NCBI GenBank assembly: GCA_964016885.1
Contig: OZ024742.1
Span: 150,474,001-150,538,000, forward strand
Reading direction: 5' to 3'
From: Eledone cirrhosa
Taxonomy: Eukaryota
DNA length: 64,000 nt
The notes below the pieces were generated by a model, which was given only the letters and a program-made list of their open reading frames with translations, did not search any database and had not been told where the DNA came from. Position 1 is the stretch's first letter, and every line of letters starts with the position of its first letter. Below are positions 1 through 12,139 of this stretch, piece by piece. The position numbers were made by a program, and so were the translations under genes.

Positions 1-218
1 TATATATATATATTATTTGTTTGCTAATATAATCAAATTAAATTAATTCAACAGTTAAACACACATAGAAATAATAAGGTTGTTACCAAAGAGCCAGAAG
101 ATTGACAAGTCGACCCTAAATATTACTCATAGCTCCAGGAAAGCCATGAACGACACCACATCTTTATAACTTTGATTTTGAAAGTAAGTTTATAATTATC
201 AATTTTCATTATACTTTT

Positions 219-426
219 GTAGCTGTCTCGGCGGCCTAGTTGGCGGAATCATAGACGGTGGTGATTCTGGTCGGGAGTAAGGTTCCCGGTAAACCTTTTC
301 AGTTTTTTCTATTGGTTGTAAAATATAAACGGAAAAAGGCTACATGTACCTCTTGACCAGGATTGAACCCAAGGCTAGGATCTCCGCCGTTTCTAGTACC
401 TACCGCTAGGCTACAGAGACAACTAC
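219..426. repeat. Inverted pair of tRNA-derived (SINE-head-like) sequences
   Basis: Minus strand about 350-426 reads GTAGTTGTCTCTGTAGCCTAGCGGT...GGGTTCAATCCTGG, with A- and B-box-like motifs. Plus strand from 219 starts with the related GTAGCTGTCTCGGCGGCCTAG. Confidence 0.45.
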
Positions 427-1016
427 GAAAACTTTCTTAATGTTATTGTGCCTACTTAAGGTCGACTTCAAAATCATTTGGGTGTTCCGTAAACTACATC
501 CTCGTTTTGTTTCATATCTATCTAGACTACATTTTAACTTGTAATCCATGTTTCCTTTCTGTTGCACCTCATTCCACCCCCTCTCTCTCAATCACTCTCT
601 CCCTCTCAGCCCCCCCTCTCTCTCTCTCTTTCTCTCTCACTCACTTTCTCTCTGTGATATTTGAATCTTCTATGATTTGGATTTACCTTATTCTTTTTAT
701 TCTTTTTCTTAGATTTCTGGTATTTTTTTAAAGCAAAGCATTGGCCCCTAAAATACTACAGTTCGCCCTGCAATGCTACTGTGAGCTCTTGCAATAATAC
801 TTGACATTGGGCAACCTGGCACCCTGGTCAGTCCGCCACTGCATATACGCACATATATTCACATACACACATCATCACACATACACACACGCATCACCAC
901 ATACATATACACACATACATACATGACGACACAACAGTAATCTACCTCACAAAACTCACGAACACCATTACTCTACTACTGACAACACTAACCCCATCAC
1001 CACCACTACTACTACC

Positions 1017-1697
1017 TAAGGCCGGATTTAGATCGGGGGGGGGGCTTCAGGTTTGGTGGGGGGAGGGAGGTATACACAAAAATTTAGAATACACAGCAAA
1101 CCCCCAATTTTACATATCAAAGTCGGCTTGGTACAAGTAATTGGAATTGAAAAGTTATCCATACAGGTATTAAATTTGAAAAAAATTAACCATCCTCATT
1201 TTCACGTCCAGTTTCTACTCTGGCACGTGTTGGACGGGGTGTCACAGTTCGAGACCAGACATATCGGAGTGACCACATCTTGCTCATACATTACATATTT
1301 GGCATGGTTTCTATGGCTGGATGCTTCCACTTTAGAGTTTTTGCTGGGTGCATTGTTTTTGCGATACAGGACAACCACTTTACACAGTTGACTAGGTATA
1401 TTTTATTAAGGCACTAACACTAACAATTTACATGATGTATTGAGTGCATTTTATCGTGTAACTAGTACTAGAAAGGTCGTCACATGTTCAGTCAGATTAA
1501 AAACTTCCCTTAAACACTATATTGTCTCCATTTGATTGATAAACACTGTAACCTCTTGATCTCTCACCACACTTACTTTTAATGTCTCATTGTGTGTACA
1601 GGTGGGCAATAAATTTCTACGACTGTGGCTAGTGAAACTCGAAGCTGCGATGCCTCGGGGCCATTTCCTCCTTTCGCTGTATTAAATCCGGTCCTGA
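1017..1697. mobile_element. Possible hAT-type MITE carrying a LINE/SINE-tail fragment
   Basis: Short terminal inverted repeats (GCCGGATTTA at 1021; TAAATCCGGTCCTG at about 1683). No clean TSD found. Confidence 0.35.
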
Positions 1698-2085
1698 TAC
1701 TACTACTACCAACACCACTGACACTACCCTACAACTACTGTTACCTCCATCTCTTCCACGATTACTTCCATGACCACCACTATAAATACCGCTACCCCCA
1801 ACACTACTCCTATCACACCAACAGCCCCACTACTACAATCACCATCACCAACACTACTACCACTACTACCACAACTATCACACCACAACAAATATCGACA
1901 CCAACGCTATCTAGTATCACCTCTATCGCTACCATTCCCACTTCTATTATCACACCTTTTAATTCACTCAGCCACCACCATCATCCCTGCCACTCTCCCT
2001 GCCACCTTCCCTGCCACCATCACCACCAATGACACCACCATCTCTACCACTATTACCACCACCACCACCTCTATGATTACCATTT
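1690..2085. repeat. Degenerate (ACC/ACT)n low-complexity tract
   Basis: CAC/TAC-rich sequence that produces spurious Thr/His-rich ORFs. Confidence 0.85.
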
Positions 2086-2546
2086 CCAGCCGGGCGAAGA
2101 AGAGAGCCTCTACATGGTCACTCGATTTACGAGAAAAAAGCAGCTAAATCTGGTTCGAATCATTTACTGCTATCTCTAAAAGTGTAAAATTATTAGATAA
2201 AGTAAACTAACATACCCACAATGAGTGCCGGGTGATTACAGCTAGAGAGCCTTTGATAATATGATTTTCTGGGTCAGGGTTGACCTGTCTTTATACAACA
2301 ACGATAAATAGACACGGCTCACTCCTCTATCTTCTTGCCCTCCACTCAAACACCTGTAGAAACACGCACACAAACAAGTAACACACACAAACAAGTAACA
2401 CACACACACACACACGAAGCCACATACATCATTATCGTGTGCAAGCATCTCCAGTCTCTTATTTTTTCTATCTCTCTCTGTTTTATCTCCGCCTCTCTTT
2501 CTCTTTTACATATTACATACTCATGTAAAGTTGGCATGGATATGCG

Positions 2547-2570
<24 letters not shown>

Positions 2571-2577
<7 letters not shown>

Positions 2578-3623
2578 AAATGGGGAGAAGAATACTGCAG
2601 GTTGCACATGGATAACATGTAATAAAATGAGTCCCTCATCAGTGATTTGCCGACGATCATAGATATTTCATTGCATTAAAAATCATAAACCTCACGTCGG
2701 TGCAATAATAACTAAATTAAGTTATTAGGACAATTAAAACGCGTAAAGCGAGTGAGACAAGATAACAACAAAGAGGAGAGCTAACCGTAGAGAGGAAGGG
2801 AACAAGCTACATAGTTATTCTGTTAGCATAAGCTAGGTGAATATATGAGCGTTTAGAAAAAAGACCTTTCGGGCTGAATCCAAATGTGAGAAAGAAAGAA
2901 TTTGTTTTCGTCGCGAACGGGGTGAAGTAAGAAGGGGAGAAACAGTGAGTGAGTGAGTGGAAGTGTGAGGAAGAGTTAACTGACATGACAGAGGGGGAGA
3001 ACGAAAGTAGGAGAAACAGAGAGAACGAGGGAGCAGTAAGAGAGAGAGAGAGAAAAAAACAGAATCTCAGTTTAGGTAAATATATGTGAAAAAATGGGGA
3101 GAAGAATACTGCAGGTTGCACATGGATAACATGTAATAAAATGAGTCCCTCATCAGTGATTTGCCGACGATCATAGATATTTCATTGCATTAAAAATCAT
3201 ATACCTCACGTCGGTGCAATAATAACTAAATTAAGTTATTAGGACAATTAAAACGCGTAAAGCGAGTGAGACATGATAACAACAAAGAGGAGAGCTAACC
3301 GTAGAGCTACATAGTTATTCTGTTAGCATCAGCTAGGTGAATATATGAGCGCTTAGAAAAAAGACCTTTCGGGCTGAATCCAAATGTGAGAAAGAAAGAA
3401 TTTGTTTTCGTCGCGAACGGGGTGAAGTAAGAAGGGGAGAAACGGTGAGTGAGTGAGTGGAAGTGTGAGGAAGGGTTTACTGACATGACAGAGGGGGCGA
3501 AAGAAAGTAGGAGAAACAGAGAGAACGAGGGAGCAGTAAGAGAGAGAGAAAAAAACAGAATCGCAGTTTAGGTAAATATATGTGAAAAAATGGGGAGAAG
3601 AATACTGCAGGTTGCACATGGAT

Positions 3624-3628
<5 letters not shown>
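2571..3628 (-). repeat. Tandem non-coding repeat family A, about 2 units of 514 and 496 bp
   Basis: GAAAAAATGGGGAGAAGAATACTGCAGGTTGCACATGGATAACAT recurs at about 2574, 3088 and 3584. Flanked by (TA)n on both sides. Confidence 0.9.
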
Positions 3629-3688
<60 letters not shown>

Positions 3689-3691
<3 letters not shown>

Positions 3692-4262
3692 TGCAACCAC
3701 GCAGTATTCCTCTTTCTTCTCATGTTTTTTATACATATTTACCTCGGCTGCGTTTGTCTGTTTCTCTCTTTCTCTCTTACTGCTCCCCCGTTCTCTCTTT
3801 TTCTCTCACCTTCTTTCGCCCCTTCTGTCAGTTACACTTTCTCTCGACTGACCTCTTCCTCGCACTTCCACTCACTCACTCTCTGTTTCTCCCCTTCTCA
3901 CTTCCTCCCGTTTGGTTAATAGTGGGGTCCTTTCTTGCTCACATCTCACTCACGACGGACGGTCTGTATTCTGATCGCTCATGAAATTCACCCAGCTTAT
4001 GCTGACCGGATAACCATGTTGCTTGTTTTTTTCCTATCTTCGGTTTGCTTTTATCCTTCTATGTTGTTTACTTGTCTCACTCGCTTTACGCGACTCACTT
4101 GTCCCAATAGCTTTTTTTAGTTATTGCTCGCACCAACCTGAGGTATCTGATTTTTAATGCGATGAAATACCAATGATGGTTGGCAAATCACTGACGAGGA
4201 ACAAATTTTATAATATGTAACCCATGTGCAACCACGCAGTATTCCTCTTTCTTCTCATGTTT
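3689..4262 (+). repeat. Family A diverged subfamily copy, inverted relative to 2571-3628
   Basis: ATGTGCAACCACGCAGTATTCCTCTTTCTTCTCATG occurs at 3689 and 4224 (about 535-bp period). Reverse-complement similarity to the preceding array; flanked by (TA)n. Confidence 0.85.
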
Positions 4263-4284
4263 TATATATATATATATATATGTG

Positions 4285-4361
<77 letters not shown>

Positions 4362-4627
4362 AATATATATATATATATATAGAATGGTGTGCTCACGCGC
4401 GGAGATGTCACATAAAAGCTTATAAAATAGGGTAAAGACACTTAAAGACGGAAAAAGGCTGATATGTGTATTTGTATATATGTTTGTGTGTGCATGTATA
4501 TATATATATATGTATGTATAATTCAAATAAAGAAACGACCGTCTGTTGTGTAAATAGTCGTAAGCACTCTACGACATGGCTCCCTTAAGGTATCAGACGA
4601 AGTGTCAATATTATGAAGAAGCGATGA

Positions 4628-4817
4628 CGGTGGGTTGGCAGTATCAGTAGAGAGTCGGACGCCATGCTTTCCAGCATAGAGTACATCCCTTTACGTTCTG
4701 AGTTCAAAAGACGCCGAGGTTAACTTTGCCTTTCATCCTTATGGGGTCGATAAAATAAAGTACCAGTAATGTACTGGAGTAATTGCTGGCCTTGTGCCAA
4801 AAGTAGAAACACTATTA
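4628..4817 (+). mobile_element. tRNA-derived SINE (main family)
   Basis: A box TGGCAGTATCAG, B box GAGTTCAAA, body GCCTTTCATCCTT..GGGGTCGATAAAATAAAGTACCAGT. More than 10 similar copies in the window. Confidence 0.85.
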
Positions 4818-5400
4818 TGAAGAAGAGAGGCGGTTTAATGTATACATCCTGTTTATTATATAATCCAGTTATGTGCATTTCGAAGACATCAAAGTTATTG
4901 TATAATAAAGCTTTAATATGTTATCATCAGACAGGTGTTAAGCTGTAGTACATTTTGTTTTTGATATACTCACAAAAGTTTGGAACATGATAGTAGCAGT
5001 CCGGCTACAAGCATGCTTATGAGGTACAGAACTATGGCTTTAGGCAAGCAAGGTGTGGGAGATACTACGGTATATTGTTAGGCTGGGAGAGGTCATTGTA
5101 CTAAGCTCAGTCGCTACAATTTACATGGGTTAAATAATTAGGCTAAATTTATTTATTTATTTTCACAGCTGCCAGCGCCGCATTCAGACTCCAAGAAGTT
5201 TGTCGTTTCTCTGTGGTGTATATTGGGATGAGAGTATGTTTAGTGTCGATGGGTGGAGTATATAGGGATTTCTATGACCGTGTGTTCTAGGTTTAAGAAA
5301 AGATGCATGAATCCGTACCCCACACACACACTGTAAGACAACACGCGCATACCCTCATAGATGAACGGGTATATCGTATATATATATATATATCTCAGAT

Positions 5401-7579
5401 CAGACCTGTCAACTCTCCTCATCCGGCGAGGAGATCTTCCCGTTTTGGCTCATTTTCCCCCGTTCCCCGTTAGGACATAAAATCTCCCCATTTTTGACAA
5501 ACTTACAAAATCTCCCCATGAAAACTTCCAATTCCGAATATTTTGAAGTATTTCTATTTTCTTTGTGTTTTGCAACTGCTTATTCCAGACATTCTTTTTA
5601 AAAGATATTTGTTTATTCGATAATATAGAGGAGATAAAAGAAAAGATGTTTATCACATTTATTCAAACGAGGCAAGAAATAACAGACGAGACGAAGATTA
5701 TTTTGGTGAAACTTAGCTTTGAATAATAAAAACGAACGATTTCAACCAATTACGTGAGACCATGTGTGTAGTAAAGAAATTACACTTCAGTGTGTTGTGA
5801 AATTCTTTGCTTTAGTTTTGTTTTGAAAGAATGTTGTGGTCTATTCTCTATGATGTCAAAGGAAGCGGATAACGACATTTCTGAAGTAGAAATATATAAC
5901 GATAATGAGACTGAAATGCAGCCGAAGAAGAAAAAGACCGCGTTTTCAGGAAGTTTCAAATATACATTTTCTTATAAGAAGACCAGGAATACCACCAGGT
6001 CCTAAAACATTTGTCAGTTCGCTGGTTGTCATTAGAACGTTTTTTTAAACCAAATTTTGAAAAAATGTGCAAGTTTGAAGTCTTAATTTCTGAGTGAAAG
6101 TTGAAGTGATGAATATTCTAAAAGGCTTCAAACCTGATTTGCAAATCTGCTTTTTTATTTCACAGTTCTGTCATATCACTCTTTACAAACTCCTATTGTT
6201 GCAGCGGGAAGGGCCTACAATTCATTTACTCAAGTCATCCATGGAAAATCTTGGGAAGAAACTAGCACAACGGGTCGTATACCTCTATGTAATCAAGGAG
6301 ATTTCTTCCATAAGTGACATTGATACTGATAACGATGACCTATTTAAAGATCCTCAATTTATATATATGGAAGGGGTGACCAAAGGCTCTTTAAATAGAC
6401 CTTTAAATGATGGAAGTACCACAGAGGAGGAAAATGTAGTATTTCACAAAGCAGTAGAAGGATATTTCAAAGAATCTTTACGTCACATTCAAAATAAAAT
6501 TCCATTGAATTATGAAATTATAACGAATAGTGTCTGGGTAGATGTTATGAAGCGAAACGATGCCACATGGGAAAAAGTTGAGTTTTTCTTTACTAAGTAC
6601 AAATCTGTATCGTCCACTAGAAACACCAAGGATTTATATGATGAATTATGCAATAACCAGACTATAAAAGACAATGAGTTCAGTGAAATTACTTAGGCGG
6701 TGGCTAAAATTGTGGACGGAGTAGGTGAGGAGTAAAATGAAGTCTTTCATTTTCGGATCTATGTTTTATGGTGGCACATAGGTGAAATGCATGTAGTTGA
6801 AACTGAAATGAAACGCTTTAAGAATCTCTTGTAGAAATTGTTTTGGTTATTTCTCACAGCAACGCTGAAGCAAAGCGATTGTTCAGCAAGGTGAGAAAAA
6901 ATAAAACTGATTCCCGCTCATCTCTGAAACCTGACGGAACTTTATCCAACATTTTAGTGATGAAGACATTTGTTCCTGAGAGCGAAACACCCTGTCTCAA
7001 GTGGGTTCCCCCTCAAGATGTCGATTCAGCAAAGAAAGCTACAAAAACATACAACGATAAACATTAATCATCGACATCATAAAATAAAAAAAGGACTATT
7101 CATTTGCAACAGGATATCTTTTGTTAGTTTTGCTTTTTTTTTTATTTGTAACTGAAACTCTTAGTTTCATTTGAAAGACTTTATTCATAAAATTTCATTT
7201 GAAACCATTACTGATGTTCTTCCATAAATATTTACAATAGCCTTTGGGTAGGTGAGAAATGTCTTCTCTTGTGAAAATAGGTATAGCTTTCATTATGTAA
7301 AACCTCTCTTTAGTGATGAAGACATTTAGGGCGGTGGATTGGCAGTATCGGTAGAGGGTCGGACGCCATGCTTTCCAGCATAGTTACGTCCCTTTATGAT
7401 CTGAGTTCAAATCCCGCCGAGGTTGACTTTGCCTTTCATCCTTACGGGGTCGATAAAATAAAGTACCAGTAATGCACTGGGTGATTGCTGGCCTTGTGCC
7501 TAAAGTAGAAACAATTATGTAAAACCTCTCCATTTTCCTCATTTCTCTCTGTTTCGGGTTTTAGAGGTTGGCAGGTCTG
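5401..7579 (+). mobile_element. Decayed hAT DNA transposon
   Basis: TIRs CAGACCTGTCAAC (5401) and GTTGGCAGGTCTG (ending 7579). Broken transposase ORFs at 6094-6696 and 6843-7067; the latter has the hAT C-terminal dimerization-like motif SHSNAEAKRLFSKVRKNKTDSRSSL. Confidence 0.85.
7333..7516 (+). mobile_element. SINE (main family) inserted in the hAT element
   Basis: Full copy. 17-bp TSD ATTATGTAAAACCTCTC at 7292-7308 and 7514-7530. Confidence 0.9.
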
Positions 7580-7704
7580 ATATATATATATATATATATA
7601 TCACCCCCCCCCCCTACTCTCAAGCGTGAAACTAATATTAACATTTGTACTGCCTCTTCGCTTCTACGTTGTCTTTTTGTTTTTTGTTTACTGTCTCCAC
7701 TATA

Positions 7705-7748
<44 letters not shown>

Positions 7749-8584
7749 CAGACCCCGTAAAATCAGCCTGATTCTGTCATCATGTACTTTCAACTGGAAG
7801 CTCCTTAATTGCGATGCACTATGAAATATAATAAACTAGCAGTGGTACCCGGCGTTGCACGGGATAAGGTATTTTGGAACGCGGGCCGCCAACAGACCTA
7901 ATCGAGAAAAAACTGCATGCCTGGACAATATGAAAATAAAATAAACCGAATGCTCTGATGCAATTAGTATTAGGTATGCTTCTCTTTCCACGTGGAGAAA
8001 ATCGGCTTGGTGCTTTTGTACTTTAATAAAGTGGCATGAGTCAGCAGGACAGATGTCACTACTTATGTCAGAGGGAAGTCTGCAATGCTTGAGCAAGATA
8101 TGACGTGCAATGGGACAGCATGTGGAGTCTTCTCGAAGGAGTCCACCGCACCTTAGTAAGTAAACGGAACTGGACAAACGTTTACCAAACTGTGCGTATA
8201 ATTTAACAAATTTAAAAAGGAATGGTGCAATAAAATGGGCCCCGAGGCGTGTGCGTGTTCACTGGCAGCCCTAAACGAACGCGTCGCCATCAGTTATTTC
8301 AAGTGCCCTTAAAAGTTGCCTTGTAAGCCGTTCACTGACACTCCAGTAAGGAGGGGTAACCATCAACAATTTCAAGTGGTGACCCTAAAAAGGGCCATGT
8401 GAACGTTCACTTGTAGCCCTTAATAGTGACTTTGACTGCGTTCTCTGACATTTGGAGGAGGGTGTTACGGTTGCTTCCACTGGTAGCATTCGCGGCCCCT
8501 TTAACAGCCATACATTGACGCGCCGAGTGCGATGCAGACAGCCAGACATACAGACAGATATTATAAGGGCACGACGTTATATGT

Positions 8585-8818
8585 ATGTATCTATCTAAAA
8601 TGAGAAAGACTAAGAATTATTGAGAGAGATCGCTAAATCGCTTAATGTCGTCCCTAGGGCATTGAAAATTTGAAATCTTTTTTGCTCAGAACACTCCCTG
8701 AAACCTAAGTATTATATGTGTAAAGTTTGAAAACAGTCGGTTTGGTGGTTCTCGAGTTTTAGGGATTCGAACTCACACACACACACAGACAGACATCCTC
8801 AGTTTTATATATATAGAT
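8585..8818 (+). mobile_element. Non-autonomous Helitron/Helentron-like fragment
   Basis: Ends in ...ACAGACAGACATCCTCAGTTTTATATATATAGAT, resembling ends of invertebrate rolling-circle non-autonomous elements. Pattern recognition only. Confidence 0.35.
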
Positions 8819-9328
8819 TACAATTAATTATAATACGCATTTTCACGTCACAATGTGTAATTACATTATTGATAATCGGCGGTCGATTAATTGGTGTAGA
8901 CCGATAAGTAATGACCGATTAATCGATTATCTGTAATCAGCTAATTTGCTTATCGATGCATTTCTAATCTAGGTGACAATTTCTGTCACCTATATTTCAC
9001 TTATAATGTGGTTACACTAATTTTTATTAAACACATTGTGCATATCTATGATAGCAAGTAAAATGAGAAATAAATAGAATAGACCTATAGCACGAAATTG
9101 GATAATTAACTTAAAAGCTGAAGAAAGGACTAACGAATACAAACAATTCTTAATTAAGTGATATTTCTCGCTTAGTTAGAGAAAGAAAATAAAAACCTAG
9201 CGGCAATTGTGAGCGATTATAAAAAAAACAAAAAACAATACAGATACAACACACATTCACTCGCAGGTATGTATATGTGTGGATGCGGATGTATATGTAT
9301 ATATGCGTATAAATATGTAAATGTAGCG

Positions 9329-9392
<64 letters not shown>

Positions 9393-9417
9393 GTATGTGT
9401 ATCATTACATACATACA

Positions 9418-10037
9418 TAATGGCTGCCCCCTCGTTATCGAGTATGGCCATTGCACGATATACCATTATTAATAATTATCAATTAATTCTATCGTGCAAT
9501 GCCTGTGCGTGAAGATATTTTTTAAAGTGAGGAAAGACTGTGCACTGAGCCAATCCCACTCTCTGAGCGACAGTAGTTATAACCCGAAAAGAAGAAATCA
9601 ACATAATCGGTAACTACTGAGCCGCAGGTTTTATATCGGAGTTATCCTAGTTTCCTGAGTTACCTTCTCTTAGAAGAAGGCCCTGACAAAGGCTAGGGAT
9701 CCTTCACTCCCAGTGGTTTAACCGCGCGATCGGGTGTCCAGCCCGACTATTTCTATGTCCCCGCGCATATACATACCCATGTATATACACATATACATAT
9801 ACATACATATGTACATGTGTATATATATATACATAGTTACACACTTTTGGATGGCCGTTGACTCTTATGAGTTCTTCCGCCCTTTGTCAGGTTTTGTTTT
9901 TTGTCCTGCAGAGTGTCCAAAATCCCCCTCCTCACCAAGTAAACTTGGTGGGGTTGCCGGTTTAGTCGCCGACGACCCGACCATGCGACAGGTTATACTG
10001 GGTTACATGTTTCCAGTAGCACTGAAGAGTGACTTGA
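9418..10037. repeat. Non-coding repeat family B, copy 1
   Basis: Near-identical to 16856-17437. Flanked by CATA-type repeats. Internal hairpin CATTGCACGATA...TATCGTGCAATG. Confidence 0.85.
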
Positions 10038-10093
10038 CATATATACATACATATATACATACATATATACAACATATATATACATACATATAT

Positions 10094-10164
<71 letters not shown>

Positions 10165-10379
10165 ATATCGTATTGTTGCTTTACTTCCAATACCCAATCA
10201 ATTAGTCGTGTGCTGGGCTTTACTTTTAACCCTTAACCTCCAACTACTGGTAAGGGAAAGGCTGGAAGTGGGGCCAGATTAAGGTTAACTAATGCCTTCA
10301 TCACTGCCCAACTATGGTCCCCACCGCTTGACTCTTGCATTGTCTAACTGACAAGACATTAAGAAACAATGATTTCTAA

Positions 10380-12130
10380 TTTAGGCACAAAGATACTCTT
10401 AAATTTTAGTACGTACACAAGTATCTGACTCTGACCATAGTTGCTTCCCCATCTCAACAAAGGCATTGAAAGCTTTAGAGAGCCGGTGGCTTACCACTTC
10501 ATCAAGTGTGCTGGTTCTAGAGAGGTAGTACTACCCAGCTAGACGAACTTATCTACAACCTTCAATATTTCCTCTTTTACAGATATGGATGGTGAAATAT
10601 ATGGCTTTCCGGTTGCACCACGACTGTCTTTCCCAGGCTGGTTGTCAGCTTAAGTTCATCACACGCTGCCGAGAAGTAGTCCATCAGAATTTGAAGTTCT
10701 TCTGCAGTGAGGCTAACACGACCACAGTCGTCTGTATAAGGAAGATCGCGTATAAGTGTAATGTATGTTTTTGATGCAGCAAGGAAACATTGGATGTTAA
10801 AAAGCCTTCTTGTTCGATAACGTATATATATGTCAACATCGGTGTTGGTGAATGCTTTTTACAAAACAAATGATGCGAAAGTCGGAGCGTTTCAACTGTG
10901 AATAGTTTTAAGGTCTCACCATTGGCGAAAACACACGCCCTAATGTCAAAAGGCAATTAATGTAAACGCTCCATAAACATTTCAGGGGTTCCCAGTTTGA
11001 AGAGTATACTACAAAATACCTGCCTATTGACTGTGTCAAAAGTCTTCGTGAGATCAGTAAAGCAATTATACAGATCAATGTGTTGTTGTTTACACTTCTC
11101 CCACATCTGCCGCGCAGTGAAGATCATATCTACAGTGTTCCGATATGGACGGAAGCCACACTGAGATTCCGGCAGAATGATAGATCCAATGTGTATCAGC
11201 AGACGATCAAGAAGAATCCTGCCAAAGATAGTAAAGAGATCTCACGTTAGTTGTCACAAACATTTTTGAGCTCGTTCTTGAAGACGGAGACGAGAATGGC
11301 ATTCTTCCGATCCTGTGGGGCTGCATCCTTCAACCATACCTGGTTGTATACGTTATGAACAGATCGTTTACTTTACGACAATTTTGTTGCACTATTTCAG
11401 TCACTATACCGTCTTTCCCAGTTGCTTTATCAGCGTTCATTTGTCTCACTGTAGTCTTAACCTCTTCCAATGTGGGAGTATCATAGCCTCAATAACGTCG
11501 GCATTAACGGAAAATCCTTGTCTTAGGAGGTCGTTTAAGTGTTCGTGTCATCTTGTCTGATTTCATCAGGCTTACTCAACAATTCGTTTCCATTCTTTGA
11601 CCGCAAAGACTGTGCGCAGTTTGTGATATAATGATTTAGCATATCATCTTTCTGTCGAAGCTTGTATGTGATGCGCTTTATCGTGCAACCATGAATCTTT
11701 TGCTGCTCGGAGTTCGTGCTGTACCCAAGCTTTACATTCTTCCTCAGTCGAAACTTTTCTGCAATTTCGTTTGAGCATAACAAGAATTTATCCAAACATG
11801 TTTACTGTTCCCTTAGAAGGTTTTCCACTCGAGGTTCATTTGCAGTAAATCTCTCCTCGTGTTTTCTCTGCATATCTCAAAGTGCTGACCGCTGCCTCAT
11901 AAAGTTATTTGCTGAAAGATAGACATGCATCATCACTGTTGGTGACTTCGATTTGTTGAACTGCTTCTTGAAGATTCTTTCATTTTTCTGAGCAGGCCAG
12001 GCCAATTGTGAGATATGAACACGGAGAGTTGATTTTAGGAGACAGTGGTCCGCCAAACATTCCACTCCTCTCATACAACGGTTATATTTGAAATTCCGCA
12101 AATCGTTACATTATACAACCATATAGTCAA
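10380..12130 (-). mobile_element. Degenerate RTE-clade LINE fragment
   Basis: Minus-strand translations give PESQCGFR and DLTKTFDTV RT motifs. Many stops and frameshifts. Confidence 0.7.
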
Positions 12131-12139
12131 TAATATACT

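Noticed and set aside
1625-2147. Thr/His-rich mucin-like ORFs
   Set aside because: Translations of a degenerate ACC/ACT repeat; no splice or domain support.
4133-4183. SECIS-like hairpin (UGA...AA...UGA) in family A
   Set aside because: The 5' UGA is not conserved in all copies (GGA in the 46-47-kb copies), helix geometry is irregular and there is no selenoprotein context.
4188-4526. Many [16 protein letters not shown] ORFs across the window (this one as an example)
   Set aside because: Microsatellite translations, not genes.
9680-10035. Hammerheads in family B
   Set aside because: Only partial words (CTGACAA, CTGAAGA, GAAACATGTA) on inconsistent strands; no complete three-stem fold.
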